The notes: generated by a model from the sequence alone, not told the origin. A stretch of DNA of 32,000 bases from Patescibacteria group bacterium (GCA_041662745.1 JBAZRV010000007.1:2028-34027), one strand, 5' to 3'; shown: positions 18,272-27,348, counted from the first letter of the stretch. Translations and numbers: made by a program.

Positions 18272-20404
18272 TTAGCGTCTTTCTTCTTTCTTGCCTTGAC
18301 GACCTTCAATAATCTTCATTTCCACATTTTTCGGTACTTCCATGTATCTGGAAAATTCCATGGAATAATTGGCGCGGCCCTGAGTCATGGAACGCACAAT
18401 GGTGGCGTAGCCGAACATTTCGGCCAGCGGCACCTGGGCGCTGATAACCTTAACAGCCGAAGCGCCGACACCGCGGTCTTCCATCGAGCTAATGACGGCG
18501 CGGCGCGCGTTCAAATCACCGATAACATCGCCCATAAACTGTTCCGGGGTGGTTACTTCCACTTTCATTACCGGTTCCAAAATAACCGGAGTGGCGCGCT
18601 TAGCGGCATCCTGCAAAGCCATGGAGGCGGCGATTTTAAAGGCAGCTTCAGACGAATCAACTTCATGGTAAGAACCGTCATAAACGGTAACCTTAACGTC
18701 AATCAAGGGATAGCCAGCCAGAATACCACGTTCGGTCGCCTCTTTGGCGCCCTTCTCAATCGGCTTAATGAATTCACGGGGCACGGCGCCGCCTTTGATT
18801 TCGTCAGCAAAGACAAATCCCTGATTCGGTTCAGACGGTTCCACCCGCAACCAGCAATGGCCGTATTGGCCGCGACCGCCGGATTGGCGGATATATTTGC
18901 CTTCGGCTTCCGCCTTGCCTTTGATGGTTTCGCGATAAGCGACTTGAGGCTTGCCAATATTGGCTTCCACCTTAAATTCACGCTTCATGCGATCCACGAT
19001 AATATCCAAATGCAATTCGCCCATGCCGGAAATAATGGTCTGACCAGTTTCCTCATCGGTGTGAACGCGGAAAGTCGGATCCTCTTCAGCCAGTTTAGAC
19101 AAAGCCAAAGCCATCTTTTCTTGGTCGGCTTTGGTTTTTGGCTCAATCGCAATATCAATGACCGGATCGGGAAATTTAATTGATTCCAAAAGTATGGGGA
19201 AAGACGGATCAGACAAAGTATTGCCGGTAGTGACGTCTTTAATACCGACTAAAGCGGCGATTTCTCCGGCATACACCTCGTCAACTTCTTCGCGCGAGTT
19301 AGCATGCATGCGCAAAATGCGGCCGATGCGTTCTTTATTGCCGGTTTTATTGTTAATAATATAGGAACCTGATTTCAAAATACCGGAATACACGCGATAA
19401 AACACCAATTTTCCAACAAACGGATCGGTGGCAATCTTAAACGCCAAACCGGCCAAAGGCGCATCATCGGAAACAACTAAGGGTATCTCTTTTGTTTCAT
19501 CATCAACACTATGGCCGATGGGAGCCGGGACCTCCAAGGGGTTGGGCAAATATTCGGCAACGGCATTAAGCAAAAATTGCACGCCCTTATTCTTCAGGGC
19601 GCTGCCGCATAATATCGGCACGAGTTTATTGGCGATAGTGGCTTTTCTTAAGGCCCTCTTCAAATCAATCACCGGCACTTCTTCACCGGCCAGATATTTT
19701 TCCATCAAAGTTTCGTCAGTTTCCACAATGGCCTCCACTAATTTGTGGCGATACTCCTTGGCTCTCTCTAGTTCGTCAGCCGGAACATCAGTGATCTCCC
19801 ATTTGGTTCCCAAATCATCGGAATAAACTTCCGCCTTCATTTCAAACAAATCAATAATGCCGGTGAAAGTATCGGCGGCGCCGATCGGCAGTTGAATCGG
19901 ATGGGCATGGGGAGTCAGTCGATCATAAATTGATTTAAGATCATTATAAAAGTTGGCGCCCATGCGATCCATTTTATTGACGAAACCAAGCTTAGGCACA
20001 TGATACTTCTCTGATTGGCGCCAAACGGTTTCCGATTGCGGTTCCACGCCGGCTACGCCGTCAAACACAATGACGCCGCCGTCCAAGACGCGCAAAGAAC
20101 GCTCCACTTCAGCAGTGAAATCCACGTGGCCCGGGGTATCAATCAAATTGATCTGGATATCTTGACCGCCCAGCCAGTCGGCGTTAGGCCAATAACAAGT
20201 GGTAGCGGCCGAGGTAATGGTGATACCGCGTTCGCGTTCTTGCTCCATCCAATCCATAGTGGCTTCGCCCTCATGGACTTCACCGATTTTATGTTTCTTT
20301 CCGGTATAAAAAAGAATGCGCTCGGATACGGTGGTTTTGCCGGCGTCAATATGAGCGATAATACCGATGTTTCTAATTCTTTCTAAAGGTGTTTTACGGG
20401 GCAT
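18272..20404 (-). CDS. fusA: Elongation factor G
   Basis: [56 protein letters not shown]. Confidence 0.98.
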   Translation of the reverse strand: MPRKTPLERIRNIGIIAHIDAGKTTVSERILFYTGKKHKIGEVHEGEATMDWMEQERERGITITSAATTCYWPNADWLGGQDIQINLIDTPGHVDFTAEVERSLRVLDGGVIVFDGVAGVEPQSETVWRQSEKYHVPKLGFVNKMDRMGANFYNDLKSIYDRLTPHAHPIQLPIGAADTFTGIIDLFEMKAEVYSDDLGTKWEITDVPADELERAKEYRHKLVEAIVETDETLMEKYLAGEEVPVIDLKRALRKATIANKLVPILCGSALKNKGVQFLLNAVAEYLPNPLEVPAPIGHSVDDETKEIPLVVSDDAPLAGLAFKIATDPFVGKLVFYRVYSGILKSGSYIINNKTGNKERIGRILRMHANSREEVDEVYAGEIAALVGIKDVTTGNTLSDPSFPILLESIKFPDPVIDIAIEPKTKADQEKMALALSKLAEEDPTFRVHTDEETGQTIISGMGELHLDIIVDRMKREFKVEANIGKPQVAYRETIKGKAEAEGKYIRQSGGRGQYGHCWLRVEPSEPNQGFVFADEIKGGAVPREFIKPIEKGAKEATERGILAGYPLIDVKVTVYDGSYHEVDSSEAAFKIAASMALQDAAKRATPVILEPVMKVEVTTPEQFMGDVIGDLNARRAVISSMEDRGVGASAVKVISAQVPLAEMFGYATIVRSMTQGRANYSMEFSRYMEVPKNVEMKIIEGRQGKKEERR

Positions 20405-20450
20405 ACTGGTTAATTACAAATTACGAATTAATAATTACAAATTTTTACTG

Positions 20451-20509
20451 ATAAATATTTAAATTTTATAAAACTTTTTGGAAGAGGCGAAAGCACGAGC
20501 TGTCGCCTC
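20451..20509 (-). repeat. 59-bp direct repeat, copy 1
   Basis: ataaatatttaaattttataaaactttttggaagaggcgaaagcacgagctgtcgcctc; lies just downstream of the stop of the 20528-20851 ORF; 58/59 identical to 21300-21358. Confidence 0.95.
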
Positions 20510-20527
20510 GAAAAAGAAAAAAATAAA

Positions 20528-20851
20528 TCAACTTCCACCAGCTAAATAATACAATTTCAATGAGTCCATTTCTTCTAATTCCGTCTCGCTCATACCCTTG
20601 ACCGCTTTAATAAGTTTCCTTGCCCAAGCCAAGGCTTCTTTCTTTGATTTGAAATTGTGGTTTGTCTCAAATAAGATCTCGCCGTGATACTTAATGCATG
20701 CATCAAACTTACCTTCATGACGAGTACGACGACTTGACGCTGATGTGTCTGGCCCCTCAGATTCACAATGAAGATCTTTCTTGGGTTTCGACTTAATAGT
20801 CATTAAAGCAAACATACTTAACATCATGGCTTTCTCCTTTTTGGCTGTCAA
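20528..20851 (-). CDS. Uncharacterised small protein, array member D
   Basis: ILFETNHNFKSKKEALAWARKLIKAVKG motif shared with the three neighbouring ORFs; 2-bp gap after member C. Confidence 0.75.
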   Translation of the reverse strand: MTAKKEKAMMLSMFALMTIKSKPKKDLHCESEGPDTSASSRRTRHEGKFDACIKYHGEILFETNHNFKSKKEALAWARKLIKAVKGMSETELEEMDSLKLYYLAGGS

Positions 20852-20853
20852 TA

Positions 20854-21183
20854 TTAAGGCAATCTTAGAATAATTACTCTATTCTGTTTATCGGGATCAA
20901 CCTGGATAGCTCTGCCCTTACTAAAAGTATGAGATTTCGGCGGTAATCCTTTTAATAGATCCAATAACCTATTGCCCCACTCAGTTGCTTCTTTAGGAGT
21001 TTCAAATACGGCTTCGGTATGTAAAATGGGATGATCAAAATTATCATTCAGGCATAAACAGGACGAAAATCTAAACTTAACTTCTCCGCCATCATGGCCA
21101 ATGAACCGACCAAATCTTACCGTCAAAGAATCCAATTCTGATTTGCTAATACTAACCCCCAGTTCAGCCTGACTAACTTCCAT
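20854..21183 (-). CDS. Uncharacterised small protein, array member C
   Basis: ILHTEAVFETPKEATEWGNRLLDLLKG; GGGAGG upstream of ATG. Confidence 0.8.
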   Translation of the reverse strand: MEVSQAELGVSISKSELDSLTVRFGRFIGHDGGEVKFRFSSCLCLNDNFDHPILHTEAVFETPKEATEWGNRLLDLLKGLPPKSHTFSKGRAIQVDPDKQNRVIILRLP

Positions 21184-21200
21184 TGCCTTTCCCTCCCATC

Positions 21201-21232
21201 AGTTGATTTTTTCTTTTAAGGTTCAAAGTTAC
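21201..21232 (-). repeat. Duplicated leader element, copy 2 (upstream of member C)
   Basis: agttgattttttcttttaaggttcaaagttac, near-identical to 22066-22097. Confidence 0.8.
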
Positions 21233-21299
21233 GAGTGATTTGCTATTCCCACCAAGAATCGGCACAATATTTCATGCATTCGCGTTTTGAATACAAACA

Positions 21300-21358
21300 A
21301 TAAATATTTAAATTTTATAAAACTTTTTGGAAGAGGCGAAAGCACGAACTGTCGCCTC
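21300..21358 (-). repeat. 59-bp direct repeat, copy 2
   Basis: Same as 20451-20509 with one substitution; lies just downstream of the stop of the 21365-21706 ORF. Confidence 0.95.
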
Positions 21359-21364
21359 AAAAAA

Positions 21365-21706
21365 TCAACCTATATTTAATTCGACAAACTCCTTACCGTT
21401 TTCCTTGCTTAATTGGGATAAAATCCAAATTAAATTAGAGCATTTGTCACCCCAATCCGTGGCTTTTTCCCAAGAATCAAAAACTGATTTTGTTTCCAGT
21501 ATGGTAGTGGTCTGAATTGGCAATTTTCTACAACTTTCTTTGCGCTTGTCATCACAAATACCGCCAGGACAAACGCCTTCACATTGATAAATACGAACTC
21601 GATATTTGGCTTGACGCTTGTTTTTTTTAGAACAGCCAATTTGTTTTACCTCATAATGCAATGGCTGATCAGCGGTGAAGCTTATGGTTCCGGAAAATCC
21701 GATCAT
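21365..21706 (-). CDS. Uncharacterised small Cys-containing protein, array member B
   Basis: ILETKSVFDSWEKATDWGDKCSNLIWIL; ATGA overlap with member A. Confidence 0.8.
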   Translation of the reverse strand: MIGFSGTISFTADQPLHYEVKQIGCSKKNKRQAKYRVRIYQCEGVCPGGICDDKRKESCRKLPIQTTTILETKSVFDSWEKATDWGDKCSNLIWILSQLSKENGKEFVELNIG

Positions 21707-22050
21707 GGTTTTTCTCCTTGTTCGGCTTCGGCCAACTTTTCTTCCAAAGCAACAACTTCATTTATAATCTTTTCCATTCTGGCCCATTTCTCCGCAGGAA
21801 TATTCTCTTCAAATAATTCCACTTCCGGTTCCGTTCTAATCGCATTAACAAATCTTTCTGCCCAAGATATAGCCTGTTCTGCCGAATCGAAAATATCATT
21901 AGTGTTGAGAACTGGCCGATGGTATTCACCATAGTTATAAAGATTTATCCAAGCGACAAACTTGCCCCCCTTCTTTGACGGCCCACCAGCATCGCACTTA
22001 ACATCATCACCACGATTCTGAATAACTAGAAAATCAATCATAGACAGCAT
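21703..22050 (-). CDS. Uncharacterised small protein, array member A
   Basis: VLNTNDIFDSAEQAISWAERFVNAIR; strong AGAAGGAG Shine-Dalgarno upstream of ATG. Confidence 0.85.
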   Translation of the reverse strand: MLSMIDFLVIQNRGDDVKCDAGGPSKKGGKFVAWINLYNYGEYHRPVLNTNDIFDSAEQAISWAERFVNAIRTEPEVELFEENIPAEKWARMEKIINEVVALEEKLAEAEQGEKP

Positions 22051-22065
22051 ATTTCTTCTCCTTCT

Positions 22066-22097
22066 AGTTGATTTTTTGTTTTAAAGGTTCAAATTAC
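22066..22097 (-). repeat. Duplicated leader element, copy 1 (upstream of member A)
   Basis: agttgattttttgttttaaaggttcaaattac. Confidence 0.8.
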
Positions 22098-22120
22098 TTA
22101 TTACTTGTTACGTATTACTT

Positions 22121-22588
22121 TTATCTGGAAAAATGCGCAAAGGCCCGGTTGGCTTCGGCCATTCTGTAAGTGTCTTGCTTCTTCTTGATGGCAGTACCCT
22201 CGCTATTGTAAGCGGCGATCAATTCTTCTGCCAACTTAACGGCCATGCGCCGGCCTCTTTTGGCCTTGGCGGCGCCGATAATCCAACGGCAGCCCAAAGT
22301 ATAACTGCGGGAAGGACGGACAGCCATCGGCACTTGATAGTTGGCGCCACCAACGCGGCGACCCTTGATTTCCACGGTCGGGGCGGCATTCTTGATGGCC
22401 GTATCAAACACAACCAAAGGATCAACTTTTGTCTTATCGGAAATAATTTCTAAGGCTTCGTAAACAATACCCTTGGCGACGGACTTTTTGCCGCGCTCCA
22501 TGATATAATTGATAAATTTAGCGATATCCTCGCGGTTATATTTCTCATCGGGAGCAATCGCTCTTTTTGTTGCTGGTTTACCTCTCAT
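22121..22588 (-). CDS. rpsG: 30S ribosomal protein S7
   Basis: MRGKPATKRAIAPDEKYN, FINYIMERGKKSVAKGIVYEAL, VGGANYQVPMAV. Confidence 0.98.
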   Translation of the reverse strand: MRGKPATKRAIAPDEKYNREDIAKFINYIMERGKKSVAKGIVYEALEIISDKTKVDPLVVFDTAIKNAAPTVEIKGRRVGGANYQVPMAVRPSRSYTLGCRWIIGAAKAKRGRRMAVKLAEELIAAYNSEGTAIKKKQDTYRMAEANRAFAHFSR

Positions 22589-22696
22589 AATATTGTTAGT
22601 TAAAAGTCAAAAGTCTTAAAGCCGTTAAAGTTTTGATTCGATCAGCATACTAACATTCTTTTTGACTTTACGGGTTAGACTTTAGACTGGCCAAGT

Positions 22697-23125
22697 TTAT
22701 TTAGCGGCCTTCTTCTCTTTCTTCATTCCATACAAGCTACGACCGCGCTTGCGATTAGCCACGCCGGCGGAATCATAGACACCGCGGACAATGTGATAAC
22801 GGACACCGGGCAAATCCTTGACTCTGCCGCCACGCACCATAACAATAGAGTGCTCTTGCAGATTATGGCCAATGCCGGGGATATAAGCAGTAACCTCCTG
22901 GCCGTTAGACAAACGGACACGGGCAATTTTACGCAAAGCGGAGTTCGGCTTTTTCGGCGTAGTGGTTCTTACAACCGTGCACACGCCACGCTTAAAGGGA
23001 TTGCCTTTCTGCATGGTGTGTTTACGGCGATGCAAACTGTCCAAAGTAGTCTGGATATCAGGCGTTTTTGATTTTGCAACTTTGGGCTTGCGACCCTTCT
23101 TAAGTAATTGGTTTATTGTAGGCAT
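22697..23125 (-). CDS. rpsL: 30S ribosomal protein S12
   Basis: [42 protein letters not shown]. Confidence 0.98.
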   Translation of the reverse strand: MPTINQLLKKGRKPKVAKSKTPDIQTTLDSLHRRKHTMQKGNPFKRGVCTVVRTTTPKKPNSALRKIARVRLSNGQEVTAYIPGIGHNLQEHSIVMVRGGRVKDLPGVRYHIVRGVYDSAGVANRKRGRSLYGMKKEKKAAK

Positions 23126-23284
23126 AACTGAAATAGTTACAAGTTAAGATTAAAAATTACAGATAAAAAATTATATATTTAATAAAATTAACGATTAAAA
23201 CGTTAGATTTCAGCCAAAATTACCAAAGTTCATCACTATTGGTCGGAAGCTCACGTTCAATAAGCAAACGACCGCAAGAGAATG

Positions 23285-23309
23285 AAAAAATCCCAATTCC
23301 GGAATGGGA
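23285..23309 (-). terminator. Terminator-like hairpin in the GNAT-rpsL gap
   Basis: Minus strand TCCCA-TTCCGGAA-T-TGGGA followed by TTTTTT; lies between a predicted promoter and rpsL. Confidence 0.6.
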
Positions 23310-23378
23310 CTCTTCGGATAACTTGGCTAATTTTAAACAATTTAACCGAAAATATTGTTACTATTTTTTATAGATATT

Positions 23379-23407
23379 ATTTTAACCGATTTTAGCTCAA
23401 AAGTCAA
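23379..23407 (-). promoter_or_regulatory. Predicted promoter for the rpsL operon
   Basis: Minus strand TTGACT - 17 nt - TAAAAT. Confidence 0.6.
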
Positions 23408-23423
23408 CGCCAAAAATCAACAA

Positions 23424-23882
23424 TTAACCGGCTATGACCTTTTCATAAACAAAAGCCGCTTGGTGTCCATACAGACTTTTAATTCGGCCTCGATTCCTAA
23501 ATCCCAATTTTTTATAAAAATGCAGAGTTTTCCTTTCGTCTGCGGCCGCATCAACGAATAAGCTTTCACCAGGCTTTAATCTCTTAACCACGGCATTGAC
23601 TAATTTGGTGCCAATGCCCAAGCCGCGGTATTTAGGACTGACAATCAGAATACGCAACCAATTCTGCACAATATCTTGGCTGACATAAATAATGCCGCCA
23701 GCCAGATCCTCGCCTGCTAACGCTACAAAACTTAAACCCTTTTGCTTATACGCTTCCCTCAGATACTCCTTAGTCAACCACTCATCCTTCGGCCACTCCG
23801 CCTTACCCAATTTCAATAACTTAACCAAATCGGTTGCGCGCATCTTTCTTATGGCCACTTTTGATTTTAAAGCTGATGGCAT
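23424..23882 (-). CDS. GNAT-family N-acetyltransferase
   Basis: RILIVSPKYRGLGIGTKLVNAVVKRL (acetyl-CoA motif), HFYKKLGFRNRGRI. Confidence 0.9.
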   Translation of the reverse strand: MPSALKSKVAIRKMRATDLVKLLKLGKAEWPKDEWLTKEYLREAYKQKGLSFVALAGEDLAGGIIYVSQDIVQNWLRILIVSPKYRGLGIGTKLVNAVVKRLKPGESLFVDAAADERKTLHFYKKLGFRNRGRIKSLYGHQAAFVYEKVIAG

Positions 23883-23890
23883 ATTTTCAA

Positions 23891-24520
23891 CTATAAAAAT
23901 CTGCTTAAAATGTTTATCAGCCGCTGGAAAAGACTGCCGAAAATTCCAACATTAGTAAAATTATCAATTAGCACCAGGGCTAATAAAATATACGGCCCAT
24001 ACATTAGGTATTTTTCCTTAAAGTCTGAAAATTTATCCGGGATAACGGCCAGCAACACCCTGGATCCGTCCAGCGGGGGTATGGGAATTAAATTAAAAAC
24101 AAAAAGAGAGATATTGATTAAAACCAACAGGAATAAAAAATTAACTAATAAATTCATCGGTCCCAATGCGGGTGAAATCATTTTGAAAAGGACGGCAAAA
24201 ATAAACATTCCCAAAAGATTGGCTAAGGGGCCGGCAAAAGCTACCGCTGCCGTACCCCAACGACCGCCGCGCAAATTATAAGGGTTGACCGGCACCGGCT
24301 TAGCCCAGCCAAAACCGGCGATCAACATCATAATAAATCCTAACGGATCCAAATGAACCAGCGGGTTGAAATTCAGCCGGCCCTCGTCTTTGGCGGTGGA
24401 ATCGCCCAATAAATTAGCGGCCAGAGCATGGAAAAATTCATGAATGGTCAAAGTAACTAAAATTGCCAAAATCCAAGAAAGAAAAAATAACGGTTCGGTA
24501 AACAGCCAATTTAAGGGCAT
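23891..24520 (-). CDS. Site-2-protease-like M50 family membrane metalloprotease
   Basis: TIHEFFHALAANLLGD (HExxH), NPLVHLDPLG, GPLANLLGMF; hydrophobic segments. Confidence 0.92.
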   Translation of the reverse strand: MPLNWLFTEPLFFLSWILAILVTLTIHEFFHALAANLLGDSTAKDEGRLNFNPLVHLDPLGFIMMLIAGFGWAKPVPVNPYNLRGGRWGTAAVAFAGPLANLLGMFIFAVLFKMISPALGPMNLLVNFLFLLVLINISLFVFNLIPIPPLDGSRVLLAVIPDKFSDFKEKYLMYGPYILLALVLIDNFTNVGIFGSLFQRLINILSRFL

Positions 24521-24571
24521 AAGGCTAATTATTGGTTAAAGCTTGATAATCACGACTGAATCTTACCATAT

Positions 24572-24600
24572 TTGACTTGTTTGTTCAAATTTGTTAGAAT
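24572..24600 (+). promoter_or_regulatory. Predicted promoter for rpmB
   Basis: TTGACT - 17 nt - TAGAAT. Confidence 0.65.
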
Positions 24601-24699
24601 AACTTTACATTTTGAAACTCAAATACCTCAGTTCAGCAGGCAACATTAAACCGCCCTGATTCCGAGGTAATATTTTAAAAAAATAATTTTACATTTTAT

Positions 24700-24876
24700 A
24701 TGTCCAAAGCATGTTCCGTTTGCGGCCGCGGCACCAGAAGCAGCTTTTCCGTCTCTCACTCCAACATTAAATCCAAGCGCACTCAGAAAATCAATCTGAA
24801 AAGCAAAAGATTGGACGGCAAATCAACCGCTATCTGCACCGCCTGCCTGAAAACCAAAGCCAAAAAACAAAAATAA
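24700..24876 (+). CDS. rpmB: 50S ribosomal protein L28 (zinc-ribbon form), absent from the ORF track
   Basis: Manual translation: MSKACSVCGRGTRSSFSVSHSNIKSKRTQKINLKSKRLDGKSTAICTACLKTKAKKQK*, 58 aa, two CxxC pairs. Confidence 0.95.
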   Translation: MSKACSVCGRGTRSSFSVSHSNIKSKRTQKINLKSKRLDGKSTAICTACLKTKAKKQK

Positions 24877-24902
24877 TCATTGCTATTCCGCTTTTGCAGC
24901 AT

Positions 24903-24924
24903 CCCGGCTACGGCCGGGTTTTTT
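24903..24924 (+). terminator. Intrinsic terminator after rpmB
   Basis: CCCGGC-TACG-GCCGGG-TTTTTT. Confidence 0.9.
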
Positions 24925-25129
24925 GTTGCCGAAACATTAAAGTGATATAATTAATGAAAGCCGGACATTACATTATGTGGCCATAACCGACCGATGAATC
25001 GTGAGACGCATAAATAGAGATGCTATTTCAAGAAAAAATACAGCTTTAATTGGTAATATAATCAGCTAAAACGTCTTATTAAACTTGGCATTAACGACTG
25101 ACACGCAGTCAGCGGTGCCAATTAAATAT

Positions 25130-25351
25130 ATGACAATACAAAAAACCGAGGCAAACTCAGGCAGGTGCGTTTGCGGGCAATGCCCTTCTTACAGCGACTG
25201 TTTGAGAGACAGAGCAGAGGGATTATTCTGCGCCTCGGGCAAAGCCACTTGCGAAATCAAAAAAAGTGGTTGCTTGTGTGGCGGCTGCCCGATCGCCACT
25301 GAATACAACTTAAATGGCGGTTACTGGTGCATTGAAGGAGTCGCGGAGTAA
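25130..25351 (+). CDS. DUF2769-like small Cys-rich protein (start revised from 25085)
   Basis: MTIQKTEANSGRCVCGQCPSYSDCLRDRAEGLFCASGKATCEIKKSGCLCGGCPIATEYNLNGGYWCIEG; paired CxCGxCP motifs. Confidence 0.8.
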   Translation: MTIQKTEANSGRCVCGQCPSYSDCLRDRAEGLFCASGKATCEIKKSGCLCGGCPIATEYNLNGGYWCIEGVAE

Positions 25352-25471
25352 GGCAAAAAAACAAAAGAACAAAATTCCCGCCCCTTTAGGGGGGGGGGAT
25401 AATATTAAAAGTGAAAAAATCACTGGCTTCGGCCAGCGATTTTTAAATTTGAATTATCTTATGGGAAGATT

Positions 25472-25963
25472 TTATAAAGTATGCGCTTCGTAAACCGTCT
25501 TATAATCAAAAATCTCATCCTCATTAAACCAAACGTATATTTCCCTCTCTGCGTCAGCCTTATCAGCGGAAGCATGAACGAGATTAGCGACAACTTTTTT
25601 CTCCGTATCGGCATGGGAATAAGAAACATGGGAATAATCGCCGCGAATAGTGCCGGGAGTGGCGGACTTGGGTTCGGTTGCGCCCACCATCATGCGGACG
25701 TTGTCAATAGCATCCACGCCCTCAACCACAAAAGCCAAAACCGGTCCCGAGGTAATAAAATCAATCAAATATTTTCGGACATGTTCGCCGCGGCGGACGG
25801 CAATATCTTCGGTGTAATGCGCCTTGGCCTTCTCTTCGCTGACCCAGGCTAAACGCATGGCCACAATCTTCATGCCCACTTTTTCAAAACGGGCGACTAT
25901 TTCCCCCATCACCCCGCGCTTAACGGCATCAGGCTTAAGCAAAACCAATGTTCGTTCAATCAT
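25472..25963 (-). CDS. ndk: Nucleoside-diphosphate kinase
   Basis: ERTLVLLKPDAVKRGVMGEIVARFEKVGMKIV, TIRGDYS...NLVHASA. Confidence 0.96.
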   Translation of the reverse strand: MIERTLVLLKPDAVKRGVMGEIVARFEKVGMKIVAMRLAWVSEEKAKAHYTEDIAVRRGEHVRKYLIDFITSGPVLAFVVEGVDAIDNVRMMVGATEPKSATPGTIRGDYSHVSYSHADTEKKVVANLVHASADKADAEREIYVWFNEDEIFDYKTVYEAHTL

Positions 25964-25964
25964 A

Positions 25965-26342
25965 TTATTTTAAATATTTTTTAATAACGTTTATCACATC
26001 AGCCGGAGTATGCTGCGCCTTGACAAAATATTCTTCGGCGCCCAGCTGCTGACCCTTCTCCTGGTCGGATTCCTGACCCAAGTTAGTCATAATAATCGTT
26101 GGAATCTTTTTGGTTGCCGCTTCGCTCTTAAGCGAGCTAAGAATGGAAAAACCATCAACTTCCGGCAGGATAATATCTAAGAGAATAATGTCCGGATCAT
26201 CGGTTTTGGCCAGCTCAATCGCCTGGCTGCCCTTATCGGTTATAATGACTTCATAACCCTCCTCCTCCAATCGCAATTTATACATATCCACGATCATGGC
26301 GTCATCTTCCACGAGCAGTACTTTAATTTTATCACCTGGCAT
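25965..26342 (-). CDS. Single-domain CheY-like response regulator (start revised from 26390)
   Basis: MPGDKIKVLLVEDDAMIVDMYKLRLEEEGYEV, DIILLDIILPEVDGFSIL, PTIIMTNLGQ; no output domain. Confidence 0.93.
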   Translation of the reverse strand: MPGDKIKVLLVEDDAMIVDMYKLRLEEEGYEVIITDKGSQAIELAKTDDPDIILLDIILPEVDGFSILSSLKSEAATKKIPTIIMTNLGQESDQEKGQQLGAEEYFVKAQHTPADVINVIKKYLK

Positions 26343-26413
26343 AATAATAAAAATTAGATTAATAATTAAACAACAAAGAAATCTTAACAAAAACCAACAA
26401 TAAAGTCAAAAAA

Positions 26414-27304
26414 TCAATCAGCAAACATAAACTCCCGGCCGTCGCTGAATAAGCGAATATCGCCAGCCAAATCGGTACGAAAAATCTTAGCGCCCAACCG
26501 CTTCAAATAATACAGCGTACGGTAATGGGGATGGCCGTATTGATTGTCGGCGCCGACAGAAACTATTGCTAACTCCGGCGCTGCCGCCGACAAAAAACCC
26601 TTGTCATTGGCATTAGTTGAACCATGATGCCCGACTTTAAGCACGTCGGATTTAATCTGAACCATTGATTGCAACAATAGCCCCTCCTCATTTTCAAAAT
26701 CTCCGGTATACAAAGCGGTGGTGGAGCCGTAAACCAATTTAAAAACGATGGAAGTATTATTAAGATTATCCGCATGTTCACCTTGCCAGTTTTTCTCCGG
26801 CGCCAGGAATTTCAATACCAAGCCGTCAATTGTTTCTTCTTGCGGTTGTTCAATTATTTCCACTGGAATATCCTTCTCTTCAACCAGCCTTAAAAATTCC
26901 AAATAATCGGGCGCCGTATGGGTGACTCCGGTCATAATCACCTTGTTTACCTGATATCTCTTAAGGACTTCCACCAAGCCGGCGACGTGGTCAGAGTGCG
27001 GATGGCTCAAAATAACCGTCTCAATGGTCCGATCGGTCGGTGGCAAGTACTGGCCCAACCCGTACAGCACTTTATTATCGGGCCCGCCATCAACCAAGAT
27101 ATCTTCACCACCGGGAGTTATAATTAATGAGGCGTCCCCTTGCCCGACATCAAAAAATATCAATTCTAAAGACGAGGTGGAACGGATGTTAAAGGTTCCT
27201 AAAACGGCGCCGGTATGACGCTGGCAGAAATTAAAGCCGACTCCGGCCAATAATAAAAAAATTATAACGAATCCGATTGAATATTTTATGCCTTTATTGG
27301 TCAT
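26414..27304 (-). CDS. ComEC C-terminal-like metallo-beta-lactamase-fold hydrolase with N-terminal hydrophobic anchor
   Basis: FFDVGQGDASLII, VILSHPHSDHVAGL, TALYTGDFENEEG, VLKVGHHGSTNA. Confidence 0.92.
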   Translation of the reverse strand: MTNKGIKYSIGFVIIFLLLAGVGFNFCQRHTGAVLGTFNIRSTSSLELIFFDVGQGDASLIITPGGEDILVDGGPDNKVLYGLGQYLPPTDRTIETVILSHPHSDHVAGLVEVLKRYQVNKVIMTGVTHTAPDYLEFLRLVEEKDIPVEIIEQPQEETIDGLVLKFLAPEKNWQGEHADNLNNTSIVFKLVYGSTTALYTGDFENEEGLLLQSMVQIKSDVLKVGHHGSTNANDKGFLSAAAPELAIVSVGADNQYGHPHYRTLYYLKRLGAKIFRTDLAGDIRLFSDGREFMFAD

Positions 27305-27348
27305 GGATGAATTATAACATACCTAATAAAAAAATTTATAAAAACTAA

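Noticed and set aside
18263-19183. 306-aa plus-strand ORF antisense to fusA
   Set aside because: Fully inside highly conserved fusA; histidine/phenylalanine-rich composition typical of antisense shadow frames
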